A stretch of 57,257 bases of DNA from an uncultured virus (IMG/VR IMGVR_UViG_3300045391_005857) (taxonomy: Duplodnaviria; Heunggongvirae; Uroviricota; Caudoviricetes): the IMG/VR virus record IMGVR_UViG_3300045391_005857; one strand, written 5' to 3'. The notes beneath the pieces are model-generated. The model was not told where the DNA came from, searched no databases, and worked only from the letters and a program-made list of their open reading frames with translations. The position numbers were made by a program, and so were the translations under genes. Positions 45,687-56,200 of this stretch are shown here, in pieces (the stretch's first letter is position 1; the number at the start of each line of letters is the position of its first letter).

Positions 45687-46913
45687 ATGCGTTGCTTGGT
45701 GACGTTTTTGTTGTTGGTGGGCTCGGCGGTTGCTGCACCGCCGGTGCGATTGATCCCCGAGTCCGAAGAGCAAGAAATTCTGGCCATGATGCCGCCGGTT
45801 CTCGATAAAGACGTCGAGGCGATTCTCTCGGCCGACGATCTGATCTGGTACAGCGAGATCGAGATGCCGCAGGCCTATCAGTTCGAGAATGCCTTCCATA
45901 CGCCGTACCACAATATCTCCGATCGACAGCAACAGCCGGACCGCGTCGGTAATGCCAATCGCGAGTTCCCTTGGAGCCATGCTGGCGGCGCCGACAAGGT
46001 CAAGAACCTGGAAGTCTTCCGCTTCGTCAAGTTTCCCAAGCAAGACGATCGCTACCTGCCGATGATTTACTTCCGGCAGAGACCACCGGGTGTGGACATT
46101 GGCGACGGCGCTCCGGGCCAAGGTCGCAGCACGTGGCGGTGGATGTATCCGCGCGGTACGGTCTTCGGCGAGCTGATGTGTATGGTCGGCCCCGACAAGC
46201 TGATTTATCCCTTCGAGCTGCGGCTGCGGACTCGCGAGCAAGACTCGTGGACGATGAACGCTCTGCGGCCGTTCCCCGACGCGACGGGGCTCGCCAACCG
46301 TATCAAACGCTTGCGGCCGGATTGGGAGCAAGCACCCGACCTGGTGAAGCTCGTGCGGCATCTCGAAGTCGTCAACAAGGATTACCCGTCGGCGACCATC
46401 GCCGACACGTCGTTAACGAGTCCGCGGCACACTGGTGTCCAAGCATTTCGGGCGACGGTCCATATCGATGCGTTGCCGCCGGTCAAGGACGACAAGCTCG
46501 TCTCGGACCTGCTGCTAACGACGCCGTGGAAGAGTGCAATCGCTGCGATCTGGCGGGAAGGCTACGATGGCGGAGCCGTGCACGCTCCTACCGTGGAGGA
46601 AGGCGCCGGCTTTCACATCGTGCCCGAGAACTATCGCGGCTATGCATTCAGCGTGGATGACGCGTCCTGTATGCAGTGCCATCAGCATACGAATATGACG
46701 GCCCGGACCTTCGACCGGCAGCGTGGCTGGTGGGGCCGCGTGAGGGGGGATGACGCGATTTTCTCGTTCCACCCGATCGATCCTAAGACCATTAGTACCA
46801 ACGGCCAGAATCGCACGGCCCGGGTGCGGCAGAGCTTTGTCGAGGCCGGTATTTTGACCGGTTACGACGCCCGGCGGCACCGTCCGCCGCTCTACCAGGC
46901 GATTTCACGTTAA
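45687..46913 (+). CDS. secreted protein with a single CxxCH motif
   Basis: Signal peptide; SCMQCHQ; GGAGG RBS. Confidence 0.75.
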   Translation: MRCLVTFLLLVGSAVAAPPVRLIPESEEQEILAMMPPVLDKDVEAILSADDLIWYSEIEMPQAYQFENAFHTPYHNISDRQQQPDRVGNANREFPWSHAGGADKVKNLEVFRFVKFPKQDDRYLPMIYFRQRPPGVDIGDGAPGQGRSTWRWMYPRGTVFGELMCMVGPDKLIYPFELRLRTREQDSWTMNALRPFPDATGLANRIKRLRPDWEQAPDLVKLVRHLEVVNKDYPSATIADTSLTSPRHTGVQAFRATVHIDALPPVKDDKLVSDLLLTTPWKSAIAAIWREGYDGGAVHAPTVEEGAGFHIVPENYRGYAFSVDDASCMQCHQHTNMTARTFDRQRGWWGRVRGDDAIFSFHPIDPKTISTNGQNRTARVRQSFVEAGILTGYDARRHRPPLYQAISR

Positions 46914-46991
46914 TCAGCTTGCACCATCGGGCCGGGCGGGTCATAATTTCGCCCAGCAGCAGTGAGGCTGTTATCAAACAGGGAGGTTTCG

Positions 46992-47255
46992 ATGGCCACG
47001 CCGAATATGACCGGCTCCCCCGCAGGATCGATTGCCGGGAGCGATTGGCTCAAAGTTCTCAAAGGCGCAGGGGTGGCTGCTTTTGGCGCCGTCATCACGT
47101 ACGGGCTTACCGTCGTCCTGCCTGACCTGCAAAGCCACGGTGCTATCACCGCGGCAATGTTCGTAATGATCTCTACCGCAGGGAACGCCCTGCTCAAGTT
47201 CTTAACGGACACTCAGGCTCCGGCTCCGCCGGATGATCCGCCGGCCCTCATTTAG
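46992..47255 (+). CDS. holin-like two-TM protein
   Basis: GGGAGG RBS; two hydrophobic helices. Confidence 0.55.
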   Translation: MATPNMTGSPAGSIAGSDWLKVLKGAGVAAFGAVITYGLTVVLPDLQSHGAITAAMFVMISTAGNALLKFLTDTQAPAPPDDPPALI

Positions 47256-47270
47256 GAAGCGTCTTGCGTC

Positions 47271-48041
47271 ATGCGTCGTCACATTTTGCTGGTTGCTCTT
47301 TTTCTCTTCGCACTTCCATCTATCGTCGCCGCACAAGTGACGGCGATTATTACGGCACCGCCCAAAGCGGCACTGGGTGATTTGGTGATCTTGGACGGTA
47401 GCGGGTCCGCCGGCACGGCGTTCCGCTGGGTCCTCCTGGGCAGCAGTAAAACATTCCTGCCTATCGAGAGCGGTAAGCGCGCTGTCTTCGCCAGCGGCAC
47501 GGCTGGCGAATATGTGTTCATGCTCGTCGTCGGCGGGCAGGCGCAAGGCGGCGGCGTTGACGTGGCGATGGCAGAGCACCATTTAATCGTTGGCGACGGA
47601 CAACCATCGCCGCCGATTATCCCCACGCCGTCACCCGCGCCGCAGCCCCCGCCGGTACCCGCGCCGCAGCCCCCGCCGGTACCCACGCCACCGGTCATTC
47701 CGGCCGGTAAATACGGCTTCGCCCAGATCGCTTACGACGCGGCCCAGGGCGTGCCATTGCCGCAGCGGGTTGGGCAAGGGCCACGGTTGGCCGAAAACTT
47801 CGAGGCCGTAGCGGCAGCGATCGCCGCCGGTGCTGTGACCTCGGTACGGGAGGCCAACGATCAACTCCGTGGCAAGAATGCTGATGTCGCCGGCGCAAAC
47901 CGCGATCTGTGGTTGCCGGTAATCAACGCCTTCGCCGCCAAGGCCACAGACCTGGCTCGCCAGGGCCAGCTGTCTACGATGGATGAACATCGTGCGGCCT
48001 ATCTCGAATTTGCGTCTGGCTTACGTCTCGCATCCAAATAA
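47271..48041 (+). CDS. secreted protein with Ig/PKD-like domain, Pro linker and helical domain
   Basis: Signal peptide; GDLVILDGSGS..FRW; 24-bp duplication at 47633-47680. Confidence 0.75.
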   Translation: MRRHILLVALFLFALPSIVAAQVTAIITAPPKAALGDLVILDGSGSAGTAFRWVLLGSSKTFLPIESGKRAVFASGTAGEYVFMLVVGGQAQGGGVDVAMAEHHLIVGDGQPSPPIIPTPSPAPQPPPVPAPQPPPVPTPPVIPAGKYGFAQIAYDAAQGVPLPQRVGQGPRLAENFEAVAAAIAAGAVTSVREANDQLRGKNADVAGANRDLWLPVINAFAAKATDLARQGQLSTMDEHRAAYLEFASGLRLASK

Positions 48042-48051
48042 GGGAAAAGTC

Positions 48052-48486
48052 ATGAAGACCTTGCAAGAGTTTTGCCAATCGGTCGCCACGGATGTCTCTG
48101 GAGCCTCGGCCGATGATGTGGCCCAGTGCTGTTCCGGCTCACCCGACACCGTCGGTGCGACCGTCGCCAGCCCGGCCGGCCCGCTGGTTGGCCTCGACAT
48201 CATGTCGCTGATCACCGCGATCGGCACGATCATCACGACGATCACGCAGAACTGTCCGCAGAAGAGTCGGGACCTGGCCAAGACAGCGGCCAATCCGACC
48301 TTCCGGCAACGTGTCCAATTCCGCGCGGAGGCCTCGCGGCAGCTCCGCAGCAATCCAAACTTCCGGTGGCGGGATCGTCACGAAATCGTGACGACTTCCT
48401 GCGCCAAGGTCTTTGGCGGTATGTCCGAAGAAGACCGCGTGGCGGTTATCGAAGATGCCCGCACCGCCGATTATTCCGTGATCTAA
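48052..48486 (+). CDS. hypothetical protein
   Basis: ATG 48052 after AAGGG. Confidence 0.65.
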   Translation: MKTLQEFCQSVATDVSGASADDVAQCCSGSPDTVGATVASPAGPLVGLDIMSLITAIGTIITTITQNCPQKSRDLAKTAANPTFRQRVQFRAEASRQLRSNPNFRWRDRHEIVTTSCAKVFGGMSEEDRVAVIEDARTADYSVI

Positions 48487-48530
48487 AGCCGCGGTGGCGA
48501 TAGATCGAATTTTGTGAAGGGAGTCACGCT

Positions 48531-48953
48531 GTGTTTACCGCACTTGTAGCGACCGTCCTGCTCTCCGCTTCGCCGATTCGTGATTACGAAACGGCCATCA
48601 AGGAAAGTGAGGCGAGCGGTAAGCCGCTGGTCGCCTTCGTCTCGGCCACGTGGTGCCGGTATTGCCCGGAGCGTCGCGCTAAGATGGAGCGGCTGCGGGC
48701 CGCTGGTCGCTTGGACGACGTCAATTACACCGTCATCGATTACGATCGCCAGGCTGCGGCACGCAACCGGCTAATGCCCAATCGCAGCGACCAGATGATC
48801 CCCCGCGTCATCGTGCTGCGGAAGGTGAAGGATGGCTGGGCCCGCGAGGAAGTCGCCGGCGTGGGAGACAGTCAGGATGTTCGTGTCGAGGACATGCTCG
48901 ACAAGGCGATCGCGGCGGCCAAAGACCGCCAGTCGCAGTCGGTAGCACCATAG
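48531..48953 (+). CDS. secreted thioredoxin-like protein
   Basis: GKPLVAFVSATWCRYC; cis-Pro-type IPRVIV; signal peptide. Confidence 0.85.
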   Translation: MFTALVATVLLSASPIRDYETAIKESEASGKPLVAFVSATWCRYCPERRAKMERLRAAGRLDDVNYTVIDYDRQAAARNRLMPNRSDQMIPRVIVLRKVKDGWAREEVAGVGDSQDVRVEDMLDKAIAAAKDRQSQSVAP

Positions 48954-48960
48954 GAGAGGC

Positions 48961-49977
48961 ATGATGCCGGTTTCGTTGATTCCCTGGCCGGACGAGGCGG
49001 TCGAGCTGTCGCCGGATAAAGTCATTGACATGTACGTCAATGGCTTCGCGGGAGCTTTCCATTCGCCCGAAGAGGCGGAGAAGCTCGCCGACTCGATGCA
49101 GTGGAAGAACTTCGGCGACGCGGCGGTCGAGTTCGGGCTCGAAGACAGCGGAGCTGGCAAGCTCTCACTGCCCTTCATGTCGCTGCTCAAGTTAGCACCG
49201 ACATGCTTCCCCGGGCCGGCTCAAACGACGGGCGACTGCGCTTCTCGCGGTACAGCCAACGCCTGTCAGGTTACGCTGGGTGTCGAGGTGGATCTTGGCA
49301 TCCCTGATCCCGACACCGGCGTGGTCGAGGGTTTTCCGGATATCCCGGAGCCTTCCCAGGGCATCATTGCCTCCGAGCCGATCTATGGTTATCGGGGGCA
49401 TTCGGGGCAGGGAGCCAACGTCCAGCGGCTGGCCCAGTTCATGACGACGGCTGGCGGCATCTTGCTCCGCAAGCCGTATCCGTCGCTCGGCATCGACCTC
49501 ACAAAATACGACAGCAGCATCGGCGCCCGCTGGGGTGGTCGCGGCACGCCGGCCAACGTCTGCGTGGAAGGCAAGCTGCACCAGGTCCGCACCTGCACGG
49601 CGATCAAATCGACGGAGCAAGCTCGCGACGCGCTGGCCAACGGTTACGGCATCAACGTCGGCTCGAACTACGGCTTCACTGACACCCGCAACGAAGACGG
49701 CGTCTCGAAACGATCGCGGCCGTGGAACCATGCCATGTCGTGGATCGCTGTCGACGACACGCCGGAGACGCGCAAAAAGTACAACGGGATGTTGTTCCTC
49801 GTCATGAACTCGTGGGCTCGCTTCAACCGCGGCCCACTGGCCAATCATCAGCCCGAGGGTTCGTTCTGGATCGTCGAGTCCGATGCCCGCGGGATGATAG
49901 CACAGGGCGGTGCCGTGGCGTTCTCAAATACTAACGGTTTCCCTGGGCGTGATCTCCCCAACTATTTGGTGATCTGA
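48961..49977 (+). CDS. divergent papain-like (C1) cysteine peptidase
   Basis: QTTGDCAS, WNHAM, MNSW, GSFWI. Confidence 0.75.
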   Translation: MMPVSLIPWPDEAVELSPDKVIDMYVNGFAGAFHSPEEAEKLADSMQWKNFGDAAVEFGLEDSGAGKLSLPFMSLLKLAPTCFPGPAQTTGDCASRGTANACQVTLGVEVDLGIPDPDTGVVEGFPDIPEPSQGIIASEPIYGYRGHSGQGANVQRLAQFMTTAGGILLRKPYPSLGIDLTKYDSSIGARWGGRGTPANVCVEGKLHQVRTCTAIKSTEQARDALANGYGINVGSNYGFTDTRNEDGVSKRSRPWNHAMSWIAVDDTPETRKKYNGMLFLVMNSWARFNRGPLANHQPEGSFWIVESDARGMIAQGGAVAFSNTNGFPGRDLPNYLVI

Positions 49978-50071
49978 TTGCTATAGGCAAGTCCGAAAAG
50001 GCTTGCTAGGCTGATTTCCGGTTTGGAACCCATTTGGCGATCATCCAGTCGCCGCACAAAGGAGTGAAGTC

Positions 50072-50662
50072 ATGAAGACGTTTCGAAAACTGTCCGTGCT
50101 CTTGTTTGCCCTGATGATGCTGTGCACCCTCTGCGTGGCGACGCCCGCTTCTGCCGTGGAAGACTATTTCGTCTTTGCGACCGCAGCGCCGACCTCATTG
50201 CCGAACGTGCTCAGCGACTACGACGTGCTCCCCGACCAAGCGCGGGCCAGTACGAGCGACCTGGAGGTCGCGGCCGTGGATGTTGCCGACTTATCGCAAT
50301 ACAGCGTCAACGGCGAACGGCCGAGCGGGGCTGCATTGTCGCCTAAGCCGCAATTCCAGGCGCCGATGCAAAAGCAATTCCAGGCCCCCACGCAATTTCA
50401 GTCCCCCAAGCAGTTTAGTAGCTCTCGCGCCTCCGGGTGTTTGCCGGGCCGCGCTGCTCGCTTGGATCGACGTGCTGACGTAGCCGCCGCCCGCCGGGCG
50501 GGTGGATGCTCGGACGCTTCGGCTTGTGCCGACGGCAGTTCGTGCAGCGGCCCCAGTCGCACGGTCTCGGACGCCGAATATGCGGGCGGCTGCAGCGGCA
50601 ATAACAGTTGCGACGGCCAAGGCTGCAGTGGTGGCGGTCGCGGTTTGTTACGTCGCCGCTAA
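50072..50662 (+). CDS. secreted protein with Cys/Gly-rich C-terminus
   Basis: AAGGAG RBS, signal peptide, QFQ repeats. Confidence 0.7.
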   Translation: MKTFRKLSVLLFALMMLCTLCVATPASAVEDYFVFATAAPTSLPNVLSDYDVLPDQARASTSDLEVAAVDVADLSQYSVNGERPSGAALSPKPQFQAPMQKQFQAPTQFQSPKQFSSSRASGCLPGRAARLDRRADVAAARRAGGCSDASACADGSSCSGPSRTVSDAEYAGGCSGNNSCDGQGCSGGGRGLLRRR

Positions 50663-50694
50663 TTGATCTATCGTATCGGCCCCCTGATCGATAG

Positions 50695-50736
50695 AACCCC
50701 GGCACGCGGGCCTCCAATCCGTGCCGGGGTTTTTTA
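50695..50736 (+). terminator. intrinsic terminator
   Basis: AACCCCGGCACG/CGTGCCGGGGTT stem followed by a T run. Confidence 0.85.
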
Positions 50737-50807
50737 TTGCGCTGTAGCGGTTACCGGGGCTGTGGGGTATGATTTTCCCCAGGTCACCCATACGCAAGGG
50801 ACGCAGG

Positions 50808-51335
50808 ATGTTTCGCCCAACCGGAGCCAGGACAGGCACCATTCTCAAGTACGAGAAGCTGACCTTCTTTGCCTGCGAGGGGCTGATCGTCCTCCACGAC
50901 GAGCGGGAAGCGGCCGAAGATTACAACGTCATCCTGCCCGACGACTTCCTCGAACGGGCTCGCGAGCTAAACCGGCTCGGCAAGGAGTGCACTTCGACCG
51001 ATAGCCAGCGATCGCTGCGGGAGACTGGTCGCAAATACATGCAGGGAGCTTCGGACATGCGGCTCGCTGCCAAAGAAGCCAAGGACATGGGCGATCCCAG
51101 CGATCCGGCGGTCCAAGCCTTCTGGGCTCGCCATCGCCCCGGCCGTAAATCGCGGGTTAGCTTGCGGGCGGGCAGCGACAAAGCCGGCTATCCCCAGCTC
51201 CCCGAGCTGCCCCGCGGCAAGAACACCGGCAAGACAGCCGCTGTTGACGGCAAAGCCAAGATCGTCGATCAAGATACCCATCTGCGTATCCACACACCGC
51301 CCCGGCGCAAGCGGCAACTGGTTTTGGATGTCTAG
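50808..51335 (+). CDS. hypothetical protein
   Basis: ATG 50808 within ORF 50769-51335. Confidence 0.7.
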   Translation: MFRPTGARTGTILKYEKLTFFACEGLIVLHDEREAAEDYNVILPDDFLERARELNRLGKECTSTDSQRSLRETGRKYMQGASDMRLAAKEAKDMGDPSDPAVQAFWARHRPGRKSRVSLRAGSDKAGYPQLPELPRGKNTGKTAAVDGKAKIVDQDTHLRIHTPPRRKRQLVLDV

Positions 51336-51344
51336 GAGGGACCG

Positions 51345-51704
51345 ATGACGGATCGCGACGCGTTCAAAATCGGCTTCCTCTTGCGTTGCGCCGAGGAGCA
51401 TTTGACCGCCGAAGAAACGCGGGGACGAATCAAGTCCGCTCACTGGACGGGCACAGTCGCCGGGCTTGGAGCTTTGGGCGCCGGCACTGGCTTGGCGGCC
51501 TCTGCCGGGATCGGTGCCGGCGCCGGCTGGCTCGGTGCGAAGCTAACTGAGCCTGACATGGATGCAGAAGACGCTAAGATGCAAGAATTGATCGCCGCCT
51601 TTCGCCAACAGGCCGACCAGGCCAAGCGAACGGCGGCACGCATCGCTTATCGAACTAGACCGCTGCGGCCACGTGGCCGGAGCTTATCACCAATCGCTGC
51701 ATAG
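51345..51704 (+). CDS. probable virion protein with GFLxRC...KSA leader
   Basis: AGGAGG RBS; Gly-rich hydrophobic helix after IKSA. Confidence 0.7.
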   Translation: MTDRDAFKIGFLLRCAEEHLTAEETRGRIKSAHWTGTVAGLGALGAGTGLAASAGIGAGAGWLGAKLTEPDMDAEDAKMQELIAAFRQQADQAKRTAARIAYRTRPLRPRGRSLSPIAA

Positions 51705-51715
51705 GGAGGTGCACC

Positions 51716-51922
51716 GTGGCTTTCAGTGTCAATCAACGTGTCAAAGTGACCGATCAGCATTCCGAGTTTCGTAACCACCTCGGAACGGTGTTGGCGGTCA
51801 ATGGCAATAGCCACCAGGTTCGCCTGGATGGCTTCCCTAACCGCAAGCGTCAGTTGCTGCTCACCGGGCAGCTCCAACTGACCACCTTGCCGGACCCAAT
51901 CGACTACAGTAACGCCGGCTAG
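51716..51922 (+). CDS. small KOW/SH3-like protein
   Basis: FSVNQRVKV...GTVLAV...VRLD. Confidence 0.65.
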   Translation: MAFSVNQRVKVTDQHSEFRNHLGTVLAVNGNSHQVRLDGFPNRKRQLLLTGQLQLTTLPDPIDYSNAG

Positions 51923-51939
51923 GCGAGGATGCGGTTGCG

Positions 51940-52437
51940 ATGCCGAAGGGGAGCATGCTGAAGTTCTTCCGCGATCGCGGAGGGCCGAACTCTCCGCACG
52001 GCGGATATCTTCAATGGCCGGGTACAGTCGATGGCTTCCCGGTCCGCTCGAACTCGCCGCTGGCTCCAGACCTGAAGCAAAGCGAGTTCGACGAGCTACC
52101 GCTCAGCTTCACCTACAAGTCCGAAAAGTTCGAGCTGTGGCGACCGGAGCAGAAGGCACATTTTGATGAGATCATGGATCGGATCGTCAACGGTTGGTAC
52201 TTGAAGTACAACCGCAACGATACGACCTCGACGGAGGGTGTGACGGTTTGGTTGGAGTGGGTTCAGATTTACGGTGAGGATATCACCGGCAAGACGCCAG
52301 GAGCGATCGTCCATGCAAAGCCAGTCACTCTCACCCCCGCCGTCCCTGCCATCCCCCAGCCGACTCGCCCCGCCCCGATCTCTAGCGTGTCACACGCCCT
52401 CCTCGGTTGGCCAGACGACGGTCAAACAGGCCCTTGA
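51940..52437 (+). CDS. hypothetical protein
   Basis: 165-aa ORF. Confidence 0.7.
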   Translation: MPKGSMLKFFRDRGGPNSPHGGYLQWPGTVDGFPVRSNSPLAPDLKQSEFDELPLSFTYKSEKFELWRPEQKAHFDEIMDRIVNGWYLKYNRNDTTSTEGVTVWLEWVQIYGEDITGKTPGAIVHAKPVTLTPAVPAIPQPTRPAPISSVSHALLGWPDDGQTGP

Positions 52438-53224
52438 TCCGCAGATCATGAAGAAGCAAGAGCTGCTCCAGTCGCTCTTGCATTTGGGCTTAGCAGGCGC
52501 GGGCATCGGTGCCGGCATTCGTGCCGGCACCGGGCTGCACCAGCTGCTCATCGCCGGCAAACCTAAGCCGGCCACGACGCTCCCTACGCCGGACACGGTC
52601 CCTGTGCCGGTGCTCCGGCCCGATCCGACCGAGATGAGCGAGCCGGATGACGGCGTGGAGGGCGAGCCGTCGATCGCCAAGATGGCGGAGAAGCTGGCGG
52701 CCGAGCAATGGCTGCCGCAGCCGATCGCCGATGCGATGCCGAATCTTTCCAACTCGGGGCACCCTTTTGCTTCCTGGCAAGGCATGCCGGCCGCGGTGGG
52801 TGTCGGCACGCTGGGCGTCGCCGGCGGCTACTCGCTCATGGACTGGTTGGCCAAGCATCGTCGCAAGGCCGAGCAGAAGGCCGACGTCGACGACGCCCGC
52901 GACGAGTTCCGCAGCGCCCTGGCCAATGAATACAACACGGCCATGTCGGCTAAACAGGCTAACGAGCTGGACGCTGCCTTCGACGAGTGGCAGAAGCAAG
53001 CCAATGGTCGGCAGCAACTTGCAGACATCGGCAACCTCGCCGGCGGGATGTATGGTGCAGCCGCGCTGGCTCTCGGCGGCGGCACGGCTTACATGACGTA
53101 TAAAGCGATGAAGGAACGCAGTGCGCAGAAGCTCTTGCAGAAAGCAATCGCCGCCCGCGCGCGACAGCGATCCACGCCGCAACCGATCTACGCCGTGCCG
53201 ACCAATGACCTTGCGACTGTGTAA
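52313..53224 (+). CDS. Gly/Ala-rich probable virion protein
   Basis: KQAL, KMAEKLAA and KQAN x2 motifs; three hydrophobic helices. Confidence 0.65.
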   Translation: MQSQSLSPPPSLPSPSRLAPPRSLACHTPSSVGQTTVKQALDPQIMKKQELLQSLLHLGLAGAGIGAGIRAGTGLHQLLIAGKPKPATTLPTPDTVPVPVLRPDPTEMSEPDDGVEGEPSIAKMAEKLAAEQWLPQPIADAMPNLSNSGHPFASWQGMPAAVGVGTLGVAGGYSLMDWLAKHRRKAEQKADVDDARDEFRSALANEYNTAMSAKQANELDAAFDEWQKQANGRQQLADIGNLAGGMYGAAALALGGGTAYMTYKAMKERSAQKLLQKAIAARARQRSTPQPIYAVPTNDLATV

Positions 53225-56200
53225 TGACCAGTATTCTCGATCCACCGGGCTCTTCCCCCGCACCTGCTAAGCCCAAACTGCGCCGCTTCGACGATACCCA
53301 GTCCACCCGGTCGGCGATTTTCGACAATGTGCTCCACGCCGCGAAGTCGATCGAGCCTATCACCAATCCGCGGCATACGCTCTCGCTGACCAATCTGAAA
53401 TACACCGGTCCCGAAGGTTACTCGCTGGCCGATCAGAAGAAGGCCATTCTCTCCAACCAGTCGTTGCATCGTCGGCTGCAGGGCACCTGGCAGCTTACTG
53501 ATACTGCGAGCGGTAAGCCGCTCGCCTCGCGTACAGCTACGATTGCGCACGTGCCCTGGATGACCGATCGCGGGACGTTCATCTACAACGGTACCGAATA
53601 TACGATGGCCAACCAATTTCGGTTGCTGCCGGGCGTCTACACCCGCCGCAAGAGCAACGGCGAGCTGGAGGCCCACGTCAATGTTGCTAAAGGTCTGGGC
53701 CACCGGCTGCATCTCGATCCGGAGAGCGGTGTCTTCCACGCGCAGTTCGGCCAGGCCAAGATCCCGCTGTACCCGCTCTTAAAGACGCTCGGCATCCACG
53801 ACTCCAAGCTGCGGGAGGTGTGGGGCAACGACCTCACGGCCGCCAACGCCGCCAAGGATGACCCGCAGGCGATGCGGAAGCTGTACACCAAGCTGCTGCG
53901 GTACGGCACCGACACCGACGACATGTCGAAGCGGGCGGCGATCGCTAAGGTCATCTCGCAAATGGAGCTTGATCCGGCCGTCACGAAACGCACGCTCGGC
54001 CAGTCGTACAAGAATGTTTCTGCGGACGTTATCCTGGCGGCTACGAAGAAGCTGTTGGACATCAACCGCGGCGAGGCAGAGGAGGACGATCGCGATCACC
54101 TGGCTTACCAGCGGGTGCTCGGTCCCGAGGATATGTTCGCCGAGGCGATGCACCGCGCTCGCGACGTCGGTCGCAAGTTGCTATGGAAGGCCGCGGTGAA
54201 GAACACACTCGATCATGTGCCGGCCGGAGCCTACACGCCAGCGATCAACGATACATTGCTCAACAGCGGCCTGGGCATGCCGCTAGAAGAAGTCAATACC
54301 GGGGAGATTTTCGATCAGCTCACACGTATCACGCGGATGGGGCGAGGCGGTATCCCATCGCTCGATGCGGTGCCCGATGAGTCGCGCGCGGTGCATCCCT
54401 CGCAATACGGCTTTGTGGATTTTTTACGTACGCCAGAATCTTCCAAAGTAGGCGTCGATCTTCGACTTGCGCGCTCGGCCCTCAAGGGAGATGACGGCCG
54501 AGTCTATACTCCGGTACGCGACGTGCGGCGTGGCGCAATAGCCCCCAAGTCGCCCCAGGAACTAGCCGACAGCGTGCTGGCATTCCCGGGCGAAATGGAG
54601 AGTGGTCGCCCATACGTCCACGCGTTTGTGCGGGGCAAACAAAGAGTCATCCCGCGACAGCAGGTGGAATACTCTTTGCCATCAGGGGAAGATGTTTTTA
54701 GTCCCCTTGGCAATCTGATTCCGATGAAGTCGGCTGTCAAAGGACAGCGATCCGTTATGGCGGCGCGCATGGTGACGCAGGCCTTGCCGCTCCGTGATCC
54801 AGAAGCTCCGCTAGTACAAAGTGGGGTACCTAATCAGAAGGACCACTCTTATGAACACGAATATGGTACTCGCCTTGGCGCTATTCGACATTCTGGTTCT
54901 GAGCCTGGTCGCGTGCTTTCTGTTGCGCCTGACAGTATCGTCGTGGAGAGCAGCGGGGGTCGGCAGACGATCGAGCTGCACCAGCATCTCCCCTTCAACC
55001 GCAAGACGTTCTTCCACCAAGAGCCGGTCGTCCACCCAGGCGACACCGTCCAGCCGGGACAACTCCTCGCGCGCTCGAATTTTACAGATTCCAACGGTGC
55101 CGCAGCCCTCGGTAAAAACGCCCGCGTGGCCTATATCCCATGGGGTGGGATGAACTTCGAAGATGCCAATGTGGTGTCGCGGTCGTACGCCGACCGTATG
55201 ACCTCGGAGCACATGTATCAGCACGGCGTCGAATGGGATGACAACACCAAGCGGGGTAAGAGCGCGTTCCAGGCGCTCTTCCCCGCTAAATATCCCAAGC
55301 AGGTCCTGGCGAACTTCGATCAGCACGGCGTCATTCAGCCGGGCACCGAGGTTAAGCAAGGTTCGCCGCTTATTCTGGTCGCCCGTCAACGCGAGCCCCG
55401 CAAAGGCGTCGTGCACCGCTCGCAGGGTCCCTCGTTTTCCGACGAGAGCGTGACGTGGGATCACCACGCGCCGGGCGTCGTCACCGACGTCGTGCATACC
55501 GGCAAAGGCGTGCAGGTCGTGGTGAAGACGGCACACGGCCTGGAGGTCGGCGACAAGCTCAGCGGGCGGTACGGTGACAAAGGCGTGGTGGCTGCGATCG
55601 TCGACGATCACGAGATGCCGCAGGATGCGAGCGGGCAGCCGTTCGAGGTGCTGCTCAATCCCAGCGGTATCTCGACCCGTACGAACCCCGCCCAGATTTT
55701 CGAGGCTGGCCTCGGCAAGATTGCCGCCGCGCATGGCAAACCGTACAAGGTGCAAGATTTCTCCGGCACCGACGATCTCAACGAGTACGTTACGCAGGAG
55801 CTAAATAAACACGGGCTCCAGGCTCGCGAAACGATTACCGATCCTCGTACCGGCCGGCAGATCCCCGACATCTATACAGGTAATCGCTGGCTGATGAAGT
55901 TGCACCACACGGCCGAGTCGAAGTATCAGGGTCGCGGACTGGGCGCTTACACGGCGGACGAAACGCCGGCTAAGGGCGGTACCGAAGGCGCCAAGCGGGT
56001 CGGCATGCTCGAACTCAACTCCCTGCTCTCGCACGGAGCCACCAATGTCGTCCGCGACATCGGACTCGTCCGCGGCCAGGCCAATCCGCAGTACTGGTCG
56101 CAGTTCATGGCCGGCTTCAAACCACCCACGCCTAAAGTACCGCACGTCTACGAGAAGTTCGTCAACCAGCTCAAGGCCTCCGGCATCAACGTGGTCCGCG

